From contig JAUWCZ010000002.1 in NCBI GenBank assembly GCA_030609055.1, positions 1-50,701 on the forward strand: a DNA stretch of 50,701 nucleotides, given 5' to 3'. Under the pieces are notes generated by a model, which was given only the letters and a program-made list of their open reading frames with translations, searched no databases and was not told the DNA's origin. Source of the stretch: Chloroflexota bacterium. Lineage in GTDB: Bacteria > Chloroflexota > Anaerolineae > Anaerolineales > UBA11858. The position numbers and the translations under genes are program-made. Shown in pieces: positions 9,851 to 18,336 of this stretch. Within the stretch, counting starts at the first letter, position 1, and the number at the start of each line of letters is the position of its first letter.

Positions 9851-10552
9851 TTATTTTTGGTGTGTTGGATTGTAATAATCCTGAATCGTTTTCAGATCAT
9901 GGGTGGAGAGAGCAGTGGCTCCTTTGGCCTCTTTACGGATCAACTTTTTCAGTTGCCGGGCATGCAAAGTGGGTGAAGGTGCATTGTCTGCATCTACTTT
10001 GACATTTTCATTAGTGAATACCAGGGCGGATTTTATGAGCGGCAGTTCAAACTCCGGGATATTTCCCAGACTTTTCTGCAGCCGTTTTTCTGCATCATTT
10101 ATTTCCTGAGCAGGTCTGCCGATAGTATCCTGAGCAAAAAATCTTAAGTAAAAATTCCCGCCTAGTCTCTTCCAGCGCCCTTTTTTTTCATCATATATGA
10201 TTCTCCCTTTTTGGTAAAAGGGAAATAACACCCAGATTCCGGCTGGTCCCAGCAACAGGTGGGATACAGGGCTTTGGTAGTGAATAATGGTGTATTGGTC
10301 ATCCAGCCCTTTTAGGGCATTATCTAATTCCTGATCGGGTCGGGGAGACCGCACGAATCGATTGGAGTATAAAATCCCCACCTGGGAAAGAGTAAAACCG
10401 AGGATCAAAGCAGCCATGGAAAATAATACTTGATCTTGGTACCGAAAACTGAGGTACATACCCCCAGCCAGGATGGCGATTGAAAGAATACCGCTGTATC
10501 TACCAATTTGGGTATTCCGTTTGATTAATTTATCATTTCGAATAAGAATCAT
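9851..10552 (-). CDS. Membrane-anchored NERD-like domain protein
   Basis: 233 aa with two N-terminal TM helices, then YTIIHYQSPVSHLLLGPAGIWVLFPFYQKGRI, which resembles a degenerate NERD core. Its start abuts the plsX stop, so it is probably co-transcribed. Confidence 0.4.
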   Translation of the reverse strand: MILIRNDKLIKRNTQIGRYSGILSIAILAGGMYLSFRYQDQVLFSMAALILGFTLSQVGILYSNRFVRSPRPDQELDNALKGLDDQYTIIHYQSPVSHLLLGPAGIWVLFPFYQKGRIIYDEKKGRWKRLGGNFYLRFFAQDTIGRPAQEINDAEKRLQKSLGNIPEFELPLIKSALVFTNENVKVDADNAPSPTLHARQLKKLIRKEAKGATALSTHDLKTIQDYYNPTHQK

Positions 10553-11569
10553 TTAATCCGCTTCTCCCTGGTCAGCTTTTCCCAATTGAGTTTGAATGGC
10601 AGCTTTTAGGCTTGGTAACAGTTGGGCATCGATGGCTTGTTTGGCCCGTTTTATCGAGTTGACTAACGCGAGATCATCTGACCTACCATGACCTACAAAC
10701 ACTAAGCCGTCAATCCCCAATAATGGTGCTGCGCCAATCTGGCGAGGATCGAGAATTTTCTTCAAATTCTTAAATGCCGGCATAGCCAGTCCTGCACCAA
10801 GTTTAGTCCGTAAGTTTCCGGATAATTCTTCCTTCATGATATCCAGGAGCAACGTTGAAACCGATTCGCTGGTTTTTATAAGGATGTTGCCTGTAAATCC
10901 ATCACAAACGAGCACATCCACCTCCCCGCTAAAAAACTCCTTTGGTTCCGCATTTCCGAAGAAATTCAGTGAGCTTTCTGCAAATAACGCGAAAGATTCT
11001 TTCACCAATTGATTACCTTTGCCTTCCTCTTCGCCGTTGGAAAGCAAGCCAACTTTAGGTCGCTCAATTCCAAGAATCTTTTCTGCATAAATTGATCCCA
11101 TGATGCCAAACTGGAGCAAGTATTGGGGTTTGCAATCCGCGTTGGCGCCGATGTCAACAGCGATGGCAAAACCTCTTTTCGTCGGCAGGGCAGTAGCCAG
11201 AGCAGGGCGTTTTACACCTGGAATGCGTCCCAGTCTGAATAAACCATTAGCCATGGCACCGCCAGTGTTACCTGCAGTCACAAATGCCTCCGCTTTTCCG
11301 GTTTTAATCAGATCCATGCCAATAGCCATGGAGTTATCGGCTTTCCTGCGGGCATTACGGGCAGGTTTATCGGACATTTCAAGTATTTCCGGGGCATGAA
11401 CTAACTCAACCCGGGGATCATCTGTTTTTTGATCCATCAAGGGCTGCAGTTTCTCTTGTTGGCCAACAAGTATTACCTTGGTATCCAGCTCTGCAGCTGC
11501 CTGATAGGCTGCATCAACTTCAGGGAATGGAAAATTATCACTTCCCATAGCATCCAGGACGATAGGCAT
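10553..11569 (-). CDS. plsX: Phosphate acyltransferase PlsX
   Basis: 338 aa: MPIVLDAMGSD...GNTGA..DCKP..VCDGFTGNILIK. Full-length colinearity with PlsX. Confidence 0.9.
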   Translation of the reverse strand: MPIVLDAMGSDNFPFPEVDAAYQAAAELDTKVILVGQQEKLQPLMDQKTDDPRVELVHAPEILEMSDKPARNARRKADNSMAIGMDLIKTGKAEAFVTAGNTGGAMANGLFRLGRIPGVKRPALATALPTKRGFAIAVDIGANADCKPQYLLQFGIMGSIYAEKILGIERPKVGLLSNGEEEGKGNQLVKESFALFAESSLNFFGNAEPKEFFSGEVDVLVCDGFTGNILIKTSESVSTLLLDIMKEELSGNLRTKLGAGLAMPAFKNLKKILDPRQIGAAPLLGIDGLVFVGHGRSDDLALVNSIKRAKQAIDAQLLPSLKAAIQTQLGKADQGEAD

Positions 11570-11600
11570 GGGTGCTCTCCTTTAAGTGTGCACAGTTATC

Positions 11601-11628
11601 TTGACAAGGTTCTCTGGAAGATTATAAT
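11601..11628 (+). promoter_or_regulatory. Consensus sigma-70-type promoter for tRNA-Leu
   Basis: TTGACA (11601-11606), 16-nt spacer, TATAAT (11623-11628). It lies about 50 nt upstream of the tRNA. Confidence 0.7.
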
Positions 11629-11681
11629 ACCACTGCCACCCAGCAGAGAGAAGTCTCGCCAGGTGGAGAAGTATAATCCCA

Positions 11682-11764
11682 GCGCTGGTGCTGGAACTGG
11701 CAGACAGGTATGGTTGAGGGCCATATGCCCCTAGGGCGTGCGGGTTCGATTCCCGCCCAGCGCA
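11682..11764 (+). tRNA. tRNA-Leu (anticodon GAG), class II with long variable arm
   Basis: Hand fold: acceptor GCGCTGG/CCAGCGC, D arm CTG-GAACTGGCAGA-CAG, anticodon stem TATGG/CCATA with loop TTGAGGG (GAG). Variable arm GCCCCTAGGGCGT, T arm GCGGG-TTCGATT-CCCGC, discriminator A. CCA is not encoded. Confidence 0.9.
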
Positions 11765-11766
11765 CT

Positions 11767-11796
11767 GAAAAACCGCCCCAAGGCGGTTTTTTGTTT
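11767..11796 (+). terminator. Rho-independent terminator after tRNA-Leu
   Basis: AAAAACCGCC-CCAA-GGCGGTTTTTTG. Confidence 0.8.
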
Positions 11797-11863
11797 TATA
11801 TCCCTTTGATTTTATAATTCCTCAGACCGTTGGGTGGAAATTAGATCAACTTGTTCTCCAGTT

Positions 11864-13252
11864 TCATAATTCTTTGACTATGGGCTCAAACCGGGCGGAA
11901 AAATGCCGCATTAGCTTTGGTGCTTTGAGAATCCGGTACCCGGGCAAACTATCTTTATTAACAACGATGGCTTTAATTACCTTAACAACATAATCCAGAT
12001 GGCTCTGGGTATAGGTCCTTCGGGGGAGTGCTAGGCGGACCAATTCCATTTCTGGATATTTCATTTCTCCAGTGTCCGGATCAGCAAAAGCAAAAGCAAC
12101 CGATCCTAACTCAACCGATCGGATTCCTCCCTCCCGATACATCTCCACAGATAATGCCTGTCCAGGAAATTCGGATTTAGGAATATGAGGTAGCATTTTC
12201 CCCGCATCGATGTATACAGCATGTCCACCAGCTGGTTCTATCACTGGAACATGATTTTTTTTCAATTCACTTACAAGATATTCAGTTTGACCCAATCGGT
12301 AAGCCAGATAATCCTCCTGCAGACCTTCCCGCAGACCGACAGCGATCGCGTTCAAATCCCGCCCCGCCAATCCACCATAGGTGATAAAACCTTCCCGCAG
12401 GATCAGCTCGTTGCAGATCTGTTCAAACATTTCCGTATCATTTAAAGCCAGAAAACCGCCGATATTGACAATTGCATCCTTTTTTGCACTCATGGTTGCC
12501 CCATCCGCAAGGGAGAAGATTTCCCTGGCAATCTCCAGAGTAGTTTTCTCCCCATATCCAGGTTCCCGGAGTTTGATGAAATAGGTATTTTCTGCAAACC
12601 GGCAGGCGTCAATAAAAAATGGAATCCCAAAGGATTGATAGATTTCTGAAACAGCTTTTAGATTCTCCATCGAGACCGGTTGTCCTCCACCAGCATTGTT
12701 GGTTATGGTGATCATACCCAGCGGAATATTCTCCGGACCTATTTGATTGATAAAATCCTCTAATTTCTTCAGATCCATATTACCCTTAAAAGGGTGAGGG
12801 GAGGTGGTATCAAATGCTTCCTTGATGATCAAGTTCGTCGGCCTGCCGCCCCGGGCTCTGATGTTCCCTTCTGTTGTGTCAAAATGCATATTCGAAGGTA
12901 CATATTGACCTTTCTGAAGGATTACGGCACAGAGGATATTTTCAGCAGCTCTCCCCTGATGAGTGGGGACAAAATGGCGAAATCCAAAAATTTCCTCCAT
13001 GGTTGAAGACAACCAGTGGAATGATCGCGCGCCGGCATAAGATTCATCACCGATCATCATTGCTGCCCATTGATCCTGGCTCATCGCTCCGGTTCCAGAA
13101 TCTGTAAGTAAGTCAATAAATACCTCATCAGATTTCAAACCGAAGATATTGTAACCAGCTCTCTGAAGGGCTTGTTCTCTATCCTGTTTGTTTATGAGAT
13201 GGATGGATTCAACCATTTTAATCCGGAATGGTTCCGGAGGATGCATAGACAT
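11864..13252 (-). CDS. Tryptophanase / tyrosine phenol-lyase family beta-eliminating lyase (PLP)
   Basis: 462 aa with PEPFRIKMVE at the N-terminus, FIDLLTDSGTGAMS, and the PLP-lysine context SAKKDAIVNIGG. Trp vs Tyr specificity cannot be called by eye. Confidence 0.8.
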   Translation of the reverse strand: MSMHPPEPFRIKMVESIHLINKQDREQALQRAGYNIFGLKSDEVFIDLLTDSGTGAMSQDQWAAMMIGDESYAGARSFHWLSSTMEEIFGFRHFVPTHQGRAAENILCAVILQKGQYVPSNMHFDTTEGNIRARGGRPTNLIIKEAFDTTSPHPFKGNMDLKKLEDFINQIGPENIPLGMITITNNAGGGQPVSMENLKAVSEIYQSFGIPFFIDACRFAENTYFIKLREPGYGEKTTLEIAREIFSLADGATMSAKKDAIVNIGGFLALNDTEMFEQICNELILREGFITYGGLAGRDLNAIAVGLREGLQEDYLAYRLGQTEYLVSELKKNHVPVIEPAGGHAVYIDAGKMLPHIPKSEFPGQALSVEMYREGGIRSVELGSVAFAFADPDTGEMKYPEMELVRLALPRRTYTQSHLDYVVKVIKAIVVNKDSLPGYRILKAPKLMRHFSARFEPIVKEL

Positions 13253-13392
13253 TATCTGCCTCCTGATGGAAAGGCTGGGATAGTTATTTTAGTTTAACAT
13301 GGGTTCACTACCAACCCAAGTGATTTTAGACAGTTCTGGACTATAATAGTTGCCAATTGAAACCTTTTTCAAATGTCAAGGAATACCCAATT

Positions 13393-14049
13393 ATGCTTGA
13401 AATCATAAAACTTGTCTTAGGACCTGCAGCGACAAACACCTATTTTATCGGGGATCAGGAGAGTAAACAGGCGGTGGTGATTGATCCTGCTTGGGATGGC
13501 GCTATTCTGGCTGAAAAAAGCCATCAATTGGACTGGGATATCCAGAGTGTCTGGTTAACACATGCTCATTTTGATCATTTTGGCGGTCTGGCAGATTTAA
13601 TATCCGGGTTGGATTTGAACGATAAGGAAGGTTTTTTTGTTGGTTTGCATCCGGAGGATATGAATCTCTGGAGGGTTAAAGGGGGAGCGCCCTTGTTTGG
13701 GATTTCGATAAAATCAGCCCCAAAACCGAGCTATAAATTTCAAGATGGTGAAACCCTGAGTGTGGGTAAGTATGAGTTTTTAGTTCATCATACGCCGGGA
13801 CACTCGAGAGGTCATGTAGTATTTCACTGTCCGGCTGAGGAAGTTTTGTTCAGCGGCGATCTGATCTTTATGCAAGGAATTGGACGAACAGATCTCCCGG
13901 GGGGGAGTTACTCAACATTAATGGATTCCATTCACCGATGTGTATTGCCTCTGCCCGATGAAACCCGTATTTTATCCGGGCACGGTCCCGAGACAACTGT
14001 GGGTGAGGAAAGACGATTGAATCCATTTCTTGTATACGACGATCCGTAA
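13393..14049 (+). CDS. MBL-fold metallo-hydrolase (glyoxalase II-like)
   Basis: The ORF is open from 13357 (TTG). I prefer ATG 13393 (MLEIIK), which follows AAGGAA. THAHFDHFGG (HxHxDH) and HTPGHS motifs are present. Confidence 0.8.
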   Translation: MLEIIKLVLGPAATNTYFIGDQESKQAVVIDPAWDGAILAEKSHQLDWDIQSVWLTHAHFDHFGGLADLISGLDLNDKEGFFVGLHPEDMNLWRVKGGAPLFGISIKSAPKPSYKFQDGETLSVGKYEFLVHHTPGHSRGHVVFHCPAEEVLFSGDLIFMQGIGRTDLPGGSYSTLMDSIHRCVLPLPDETRILSGHGPETTVGEERRLNPFLVYDDP

Positions 14050-14051
14050 TC

Positions 14052-14092
14052 AAATAGGCTCCCGGAGCTTTTAAAGCTCCGGGAGCCTATTT
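14052..14092. terminator. Long perfect palindrome (CCCGGAG-core family, copy 1) between convergent genes
   Basis: AAATAGGCTCCCGGAGCTTT|TAAAGCTCCGGGAGCCTATTT. A second short hairpin, GGGAC-CAG-GTCCC, follows at 14100-14112 on the rny side. Confidence 0.65.
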
Positions 14093-14119
14093 GCAATAAG
14101 GGACCAGGTCCCTAAGGTT

Positions 14120-15646
14120 CTATTTTGCGTAATCCACTATCCGGGTTTCTCTGATGACAGTGACTTTGATTTTTCCCGGGTACTGCATTGTTTCTTCGAT
14201 GGTTTTTGAGATATCCCTGGCAAGGCGGGATGCAGCCAGGTCATCAACCTGTTTTGGGCGGACAAAGATCCGCACCTCGCGGCCAGCTTGCAAGGCATAA
14301 CTGTTTTTCACACCATCATAGGAGTTGGCTACATCCTCCAGCGCACGAACCCGCTTGAGATATTGTTCCAGACTTTCTCTGCGTGCACCAGGGCGGGCAC
14401 CGGAAATGGCATCTGCGGCTTCTATGATAACCGCTTCGATTGTTTCCTGCTCAACTTCATGGTGGTGAGATGCGATTGCATTCACGATCTTGGGTGGAAC
14501 ACCGTGTCGTTCCGCAAATTCGGCCCCGATCTGGGCATGGGTACCTTCTACATTATGATCCATGGCTTTTCCGAGGTCATGCAGTAGTGCGCCGGCTTTA
14601 GAAATCTCTACGTTGGCACCGATCTCCGCAGCGAGAACCGACGCCAATTGAGCAGATTCCACCGCATGAGCAAGCTGATTCTGACCATAGGAAGTCCGGA
14701 ACTTTAACCGACCTAGCTTTTTTAGAATTTCTGTATGTAGTCCCGGAACACCGGCTTCATAGGCTGCTTGTTCACCTGCCTCCATGATGACTTTATCAAT
14801 ATTCTCTTGTTCCTTTTCAACGATTTTTTCGATGTGGGCCGGGTGGATCCTGCCATCCAGGATTAATTTTTGCATTGCCTGTTTGGCTACTTCCCGCCGG
14901 ACAGAATCAAAACAGGAGATTGTAACAGCTTCCGGTGTATCATCAACAATCACATCCACACCAGCTGCTTTTTCAAAAGCCCTGATATTGCGGCCGTTGC
15001 GGCCGATGATCCGTCCTTTCATGTCGTCAGATGGCAGCGGAACGGTTGAAGAGGTGACTTCTTCCACATGGTCAGAGGCGACTCGCTGGATAGCATCAGC
15101 AATTAATTTTCGTGCCTTCCGTTCCCCCTGTTCCCGTGCTTCGGCTTCAATTTCGCGCACAATCCGTGACATATCATTTCTGGTTTCCTGCTCAACTCGT
15201 TCAAGCAGGAGATCTTTGGCCTCTGCCTGGGTCATCTTACCCACCCGCTCCAGCTCTGCAGAGACATTGTTATACATTTCCTCAACTTTATTGGCTTTTT
15301 TGTCGAGAGAACTCTGGCGTTGGCTGATAGTGTGCTCCCTATCTTCTAGTTTTTCAGCCCGCCGGTCAAGCTGGTCGCTCCGGCTTTGAAGCCTTTCTTC
15401 AAAGCGAGTGATTTCTGTTCTGCGTGCCAAGGCATCTTTTTCTGCTGCCTGGGCGATTTTAATCGCTCTATCCTGAGATTCCTTCACAACCTCAGTCGAT
15501 TTCCTTTCTGCCTCAGTGAGAATCCGGTTTGCTTTATGCTGTTTTTTATCTGTCTCCCGGACGGTTTGGTAATTTTTAATAAAAAACCCGATTGCAGTCC
15601 CTAATACCAGGGCGATGCCACTAATAAGAATTAGATTTCCATTCAT
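14120..15646 (-). CDS. rny: Ribonuclease Y
   Basis: 508 aa with an N-terminal TM helix, a long charged coiled coil, KH (GRIIGRNGRNIR) and HD (LLHDLGK) domains, and the characteristic C-terminus QYPGKIKVTVIRETR. Confidence 0.9.
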   Translation of the reverse strand: MNGNLILISGIALVLGTAIGFFIKNYQTVRETDKKQHKANRILTEAERKSTEVVKESQDRAIKIAQAAEKDALARRTEITRFEERLQSRSDQLDRRAEKLEDREHTISQRQSSLDKKANKVEEMYNNVSAELERVGKMTQAEAKDLLLERVEQETRNDMSRIVREIEAEAREQGERKARKLIADAIQRVASDHVEEVTSSTVPLPSDDMKGRIIGRNGRNIRAFEKAAGVDVIVDDTPEAVTISCFDSVRREVAKQAMQKLILDGRIHPAHIEKIVEKEQENIDKVIMEAGEQAAYEAGVPGLHTEILKKLGRLKFRTSYGQNQLAHAVESAQLASVLAAEIGANVEISKAGALLHDLGKAMDHNVEGTHAQIGAEFAERHGVPPKIVNAIASHHHEVEQETIEAVIIEAADAISGARPGARRESLEQYLKRVRALEDVANSYDGVKNSYALQAGREVRIFVRPKQVDDLAASRLARDISKTIEETMQYPGKIKVTVIRETRIVDYAK

Positions 15647-15706
15647 GGTTAAACCCCTTTTGTTAATCTATTATTTGGCTGATTGTTATATTTAGATGAT
15701 TCCTAT

Positions 15707-16333
15707 TTATGATTCCTTTTCCAACTCATTCCAGAGGTGATTGACCACTTCTTTACTTAAGCTGTAATGAAAGCCGCGACGGGATAAGAAACCATACATT
15801 TTTTCCTGAAAAGTACTCTTATCTAGATTTTTAAGCTTTCCAATTTTTTTTCTAGCTAATTTAAGCGCTAATTCCTCTTCGTTGATATCCTGGAGAGCTT
15901 CCTCAATGATTTGGTCAGAAATTCCTTTCCGGTAAAGTTCAGATCTAAGCGCTCTTTTACCGCGGGGATGAAATTCTCTCCGGTTCTCTATCCAATTCTG
16001 GGCAAATTCTATATCATTAACCAGTGATACTTCCCGCAGTCGATCCAGGACTGGCTGGATAATCATTTCCGGAATCTGGTGTTTTTGGAGATTAAGCCTG
16101 ATTTCTTGCTCCGAGCGATTTCTATAACTGAGGAAATTCAAAGCCCGCTGGTATGCCTTCTCGATCTCATCCTCGGTAATCAAGGATGTTATTTTTTGTT
16201 GATTAAGTTCTGACCCCTCTTTCAGCCAGGGTGCAATAACCCGGGAAATACCGAATGCGAACTCACCGTTAAGATATACATTCAAACGTTGCGGATTTTT
16301 CTTCTGAGGTTCCAGCTTAGTTACAGTTAACAT
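15707..16333 (-). CDS. recX: Recombination regulator RecX
   Basis: 208 aa. It has the PQKKNPQRLNVYLNGEFAFGIS N-terminus and three helical repeats (ALNFLSYRNRSEQEIRLNL...) typical of RecX. It lies upstream of rny on the same strand. Confidence 0.85.
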   Translation of the reverse strand: MLTVTKLEPQKKNPQRLNVYLNGEFAFGISRVIAPWLKEGSELNQQKITSLITEDEIEKAYQRALNFLSYRNRSEQEIRLNLQKHQIPEMIIQPVLDRLREVSLVNDIEFAQNWIENRREFHPRGKRALRSELYRKGISDQIIEEALQDINEEELALKLARKKIGKLKNLDKSTFQEKMYGFLSRRGFHYSLSKEVVNHLWNELEKES

Positions 16334-16370
16334 AAAACAGCCGTGATACCGCCTAGATCGGCCACGGCTG
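16334..16370 (-). terminator. Terminator-like hairpin plus U-tract abutting the recX start codon
   Basis: On the minus strand: CAGCCGTG-(17 nt, further CCG/CGG pairing)-CACGGCTG, followed by TTTT and then the recX ATG. It could be the 3' end of an upstream RNA or an attenuator. Confidence 0.45.
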
Positions 16371-16898
16371 CACTTATTAACTACCTGATCCCATACACTA
16401 AATTGTGGTACGCTAGGACGTCAGGGATGGAAATGTATGATACTTTTACTACCTAGCGTTAGTCTTCTTCCACTTGGTATCCGTTCGTTATGCCAATGTG
16501 TTACCTGCTTCAATACCACTTTGTGATGGTAGATCGTTTTATTAGTACCGCGGCCGCTTAATTTCTTTACTTGGGCGACCCAATTATTGGGGGGCTAGCT
16601 TTCCTTTACTCAAGGAAAAGATCCACTATTCCCTTGCCCCGATGTGTGTTCTGATCATTAAATCAGAACCATGAATACTTCTATAACCTGTGTAATTCCA
16701 GCAAAAGCAGGTTGCTTTTCTGAACTGCATCTTATTATACACGATAATGCAAATTAGGCTATGCATTTGCCCAATCTTAATCCTGGTTGCTGGTTTTGGT
16801 CCGCAGGAAAGATGGAGACCACGAAGGATTCGCGAATTTATTACACCTTGATCTTATGGTAGGCAGGTGACTCCCACAATTTGAGGTGGTAGGATATA
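16371..16898. other. Long ORF-free, hairpin-rich intergenic region (candidate ncRNA or leader)
   Basis: No ORF of 60 aa or more in any frame across about 565 nt, whereas most intergenic gaps in the window are under 150 nt. Several stable hairpins are present (16599-16620, 16648-16669, 16749-16770). Confidence 0.3.
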
Positions 16899-16916
16899 GT
16901 GTCAGGAGGAGTCCAA

Positions 16917-17396
16917 ATGAAAATTTGTTTTGTGTGTCAGGGAAATATTATCCGCAGCCCTCTTGCAGAAAATATTTTTAAACACCTTGCTTCTGAAAAA
17001 GGGATTGAGGACAATTACCAGGTTGGCTCTGCAGGGACATCTGCCTACCATGTTGGAGAAGAACCAGATAGTCGGATGAGGCAGATTGCCAGGGAAAATG
17101 GACTTATTTATTCCGGGAGAGCCAAACAGTTCAGACGGGATGATTTTGCACGTTTTGATTTAATTGTCGCTCTAGATAAGGCAAACCTGAGGGCACTTCA
17201 GGGCTGGGCTGCCACTACAGATCAAGCGAAGAAGATCCATTTAATGCGGGAGTATGATCCCCAAGGAGGGGAAGATTTAGATGTCCCTGACCCTTATTAT
17301 GGGGGTATTGATGGGTTTACCACTACATTTGAAATTGTTTATCGATCCTGTGTTGGGTTATTAAAGGAGCTGGAAGGTGACCAGGATTCACCCTGA
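16917..17396 (+). CDS. Low-molecular-weight protein-tyrosine phosphatase family protein
   Basis: Start at ATG 16917 (MKICFVC), 7 nt after AGGAGG. The P-loop is CQGNIIRS (CX5R-S), and DPYYG carries the general acid Asp. Confidence 0.8.
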   Translation: MKICFVCQGNIIRSPLAENIFKHLASEKGIEDNYQVGSAGTSAYHVGEEPDSRMRQIARENGLIYSGRAKQFRRDDFARFDLIVALDKANLRALQGWAATTDQAKKIHLMREYDPQGGEDLDVPDPYYGGIDGFTTTFEIVYRSCVGLLKELEGDQDSP

Positions 17397-18234
17397 AGTT
17401 ACCAATTGGCTCCTTGAAAACAACCGGGGCGAGATTTCCAGTTCCGCTCCGGTTGGCGGGGGTTGTATTCACCAAGCCCTTCTTTTACAAACTTCCACAA
17501 ATGAGAGGTATTTCCTCAAGCAAAACTTTGAAACCACGGCTGATATGTTTGAAAAAGAAGCCCGGGGGTTAAACACTCTGCGAATCTCCGGAGGACCGGT
17601 TGTTCCTAAAGTATTCCTGGTTGGAAAGGTATATTTACTTCTGGAAGATTTACAGTCATCCTCCCCCTGTGAGGATTTTTGGCAGCTGTTTGGACGGCAG
17701 TTAGCGTTGATCCACAATCAGGTTAATGAAACCTTTGGCTTTCAAGAAGACAATTATATTGGTGCGAATCCCCAGCAAAATACCTGGATGAAAAATGGAC
17801 ATGATTTCTTCAGGGAACGAAGACTGAAACCTCAAATCCAAATTACTCACAGACAATCCCTGCTGACTGCTAAAGATATCCGAATGTTAGAAGAGTTATT
17901 GGTGAAATTAACCGAATTGGTTCCCGAACAACCGGCATCATTAATCCACGGCGATTTGTGGAGTGGAAATCTGATAACGGATAAAGAGGGTAAGCCGGCG
18001 ATTATTGACCCCGCAGTTCACTATGGTTGGGCTGAAGCAGACCTGGCAATGACAGATTTGTTTGGTAGATTCCCGGATTCATTTTACGACGCCTATGTTG
18101 AGGTCAGACCTTTGGAACCTGGCTACCGATCCCGATATCCGATATATAATCTTTACCACTTGTTAAACCATTTAAATCTCTTTGGTGGTGGGTATCTCTC
18201 CCAGGTGCGCCAGATCATTTCCAGATACGCCTGA
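17377..18234 (+). CDS. Fructosamine/ketosamine-3-kinase family protein
   Basis: 285 aa with a GTG start 7 nt after AAGGAG, overlapping the PTP gene by 20 nt. LIHGDLWSGN and IDPAVHYG motifs are present. Confidence 0.8.
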   Translation: MTRIHPEVTNWLLENNRGEISSSAPVGGGCIHQALLLQTSTNERYFLKQNFETTADMFEKEARGLNTLRISGGPVVPKVFLVGKVYLLLEDLQSSSPCEDFWQLFGRQLALIHNQVNETFGFQEDNYIGANPQQNTWMKNGHDFFRERRLKPQIQITHRQSLLTAKDIRMLEELLVKLTELVPEQPASLIHGDLWSGNLITDKEGKPAIIDPAVHYGWAEADLAMTDLFGRFPDSFYDAYVEVRPLEPGYRSRYPIYNLYHLLNHLNLFGGGYLSQVRQIISRYA

Positions 18235-18336
18235 AAAAAACCTCCGGTTAGGTTTGAGAAATTGTTAATAGATTCTAGAGTGACAGGTGATAAAATTTCA
18301 CGGTAGTAATGGAGAGCTGGAGGGTATTGATACCAG

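Noticed and set aside
11429-11734. 101-aa plus-strand ORF
   Set aside because: It spans the plsX 5' end, the tRNA-Leu promoter and the tRNA itself, so it is not coding.
14784-15389. 201-aa plus-strand ORF, with neighbours at 14288-14587, 15112-15327 and 15386-15604
   Set aside because: It lies entirely antisense within rny, whose product is unambiguous. It has a low-complexity Ser/Arg-rich translation typical of a shadow ORF.
16334-16898. Identity of the long gap as RNase P RNA, tmRNA, 6S RNA, a group II intron or a decayed recA
   Set aside because: I could not find the diagnostic strings: GAGGAAAGUCC / ACAGAAnCCGGCUUA for RNase P, the tRNA-like 3' end with GGUUCGAnUCC...CCA for tmRNA, or a domain V-like hairpin for group II introns. 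No frame gives RecA-like peptides. It is kept as an unassigned candidate in the findings.
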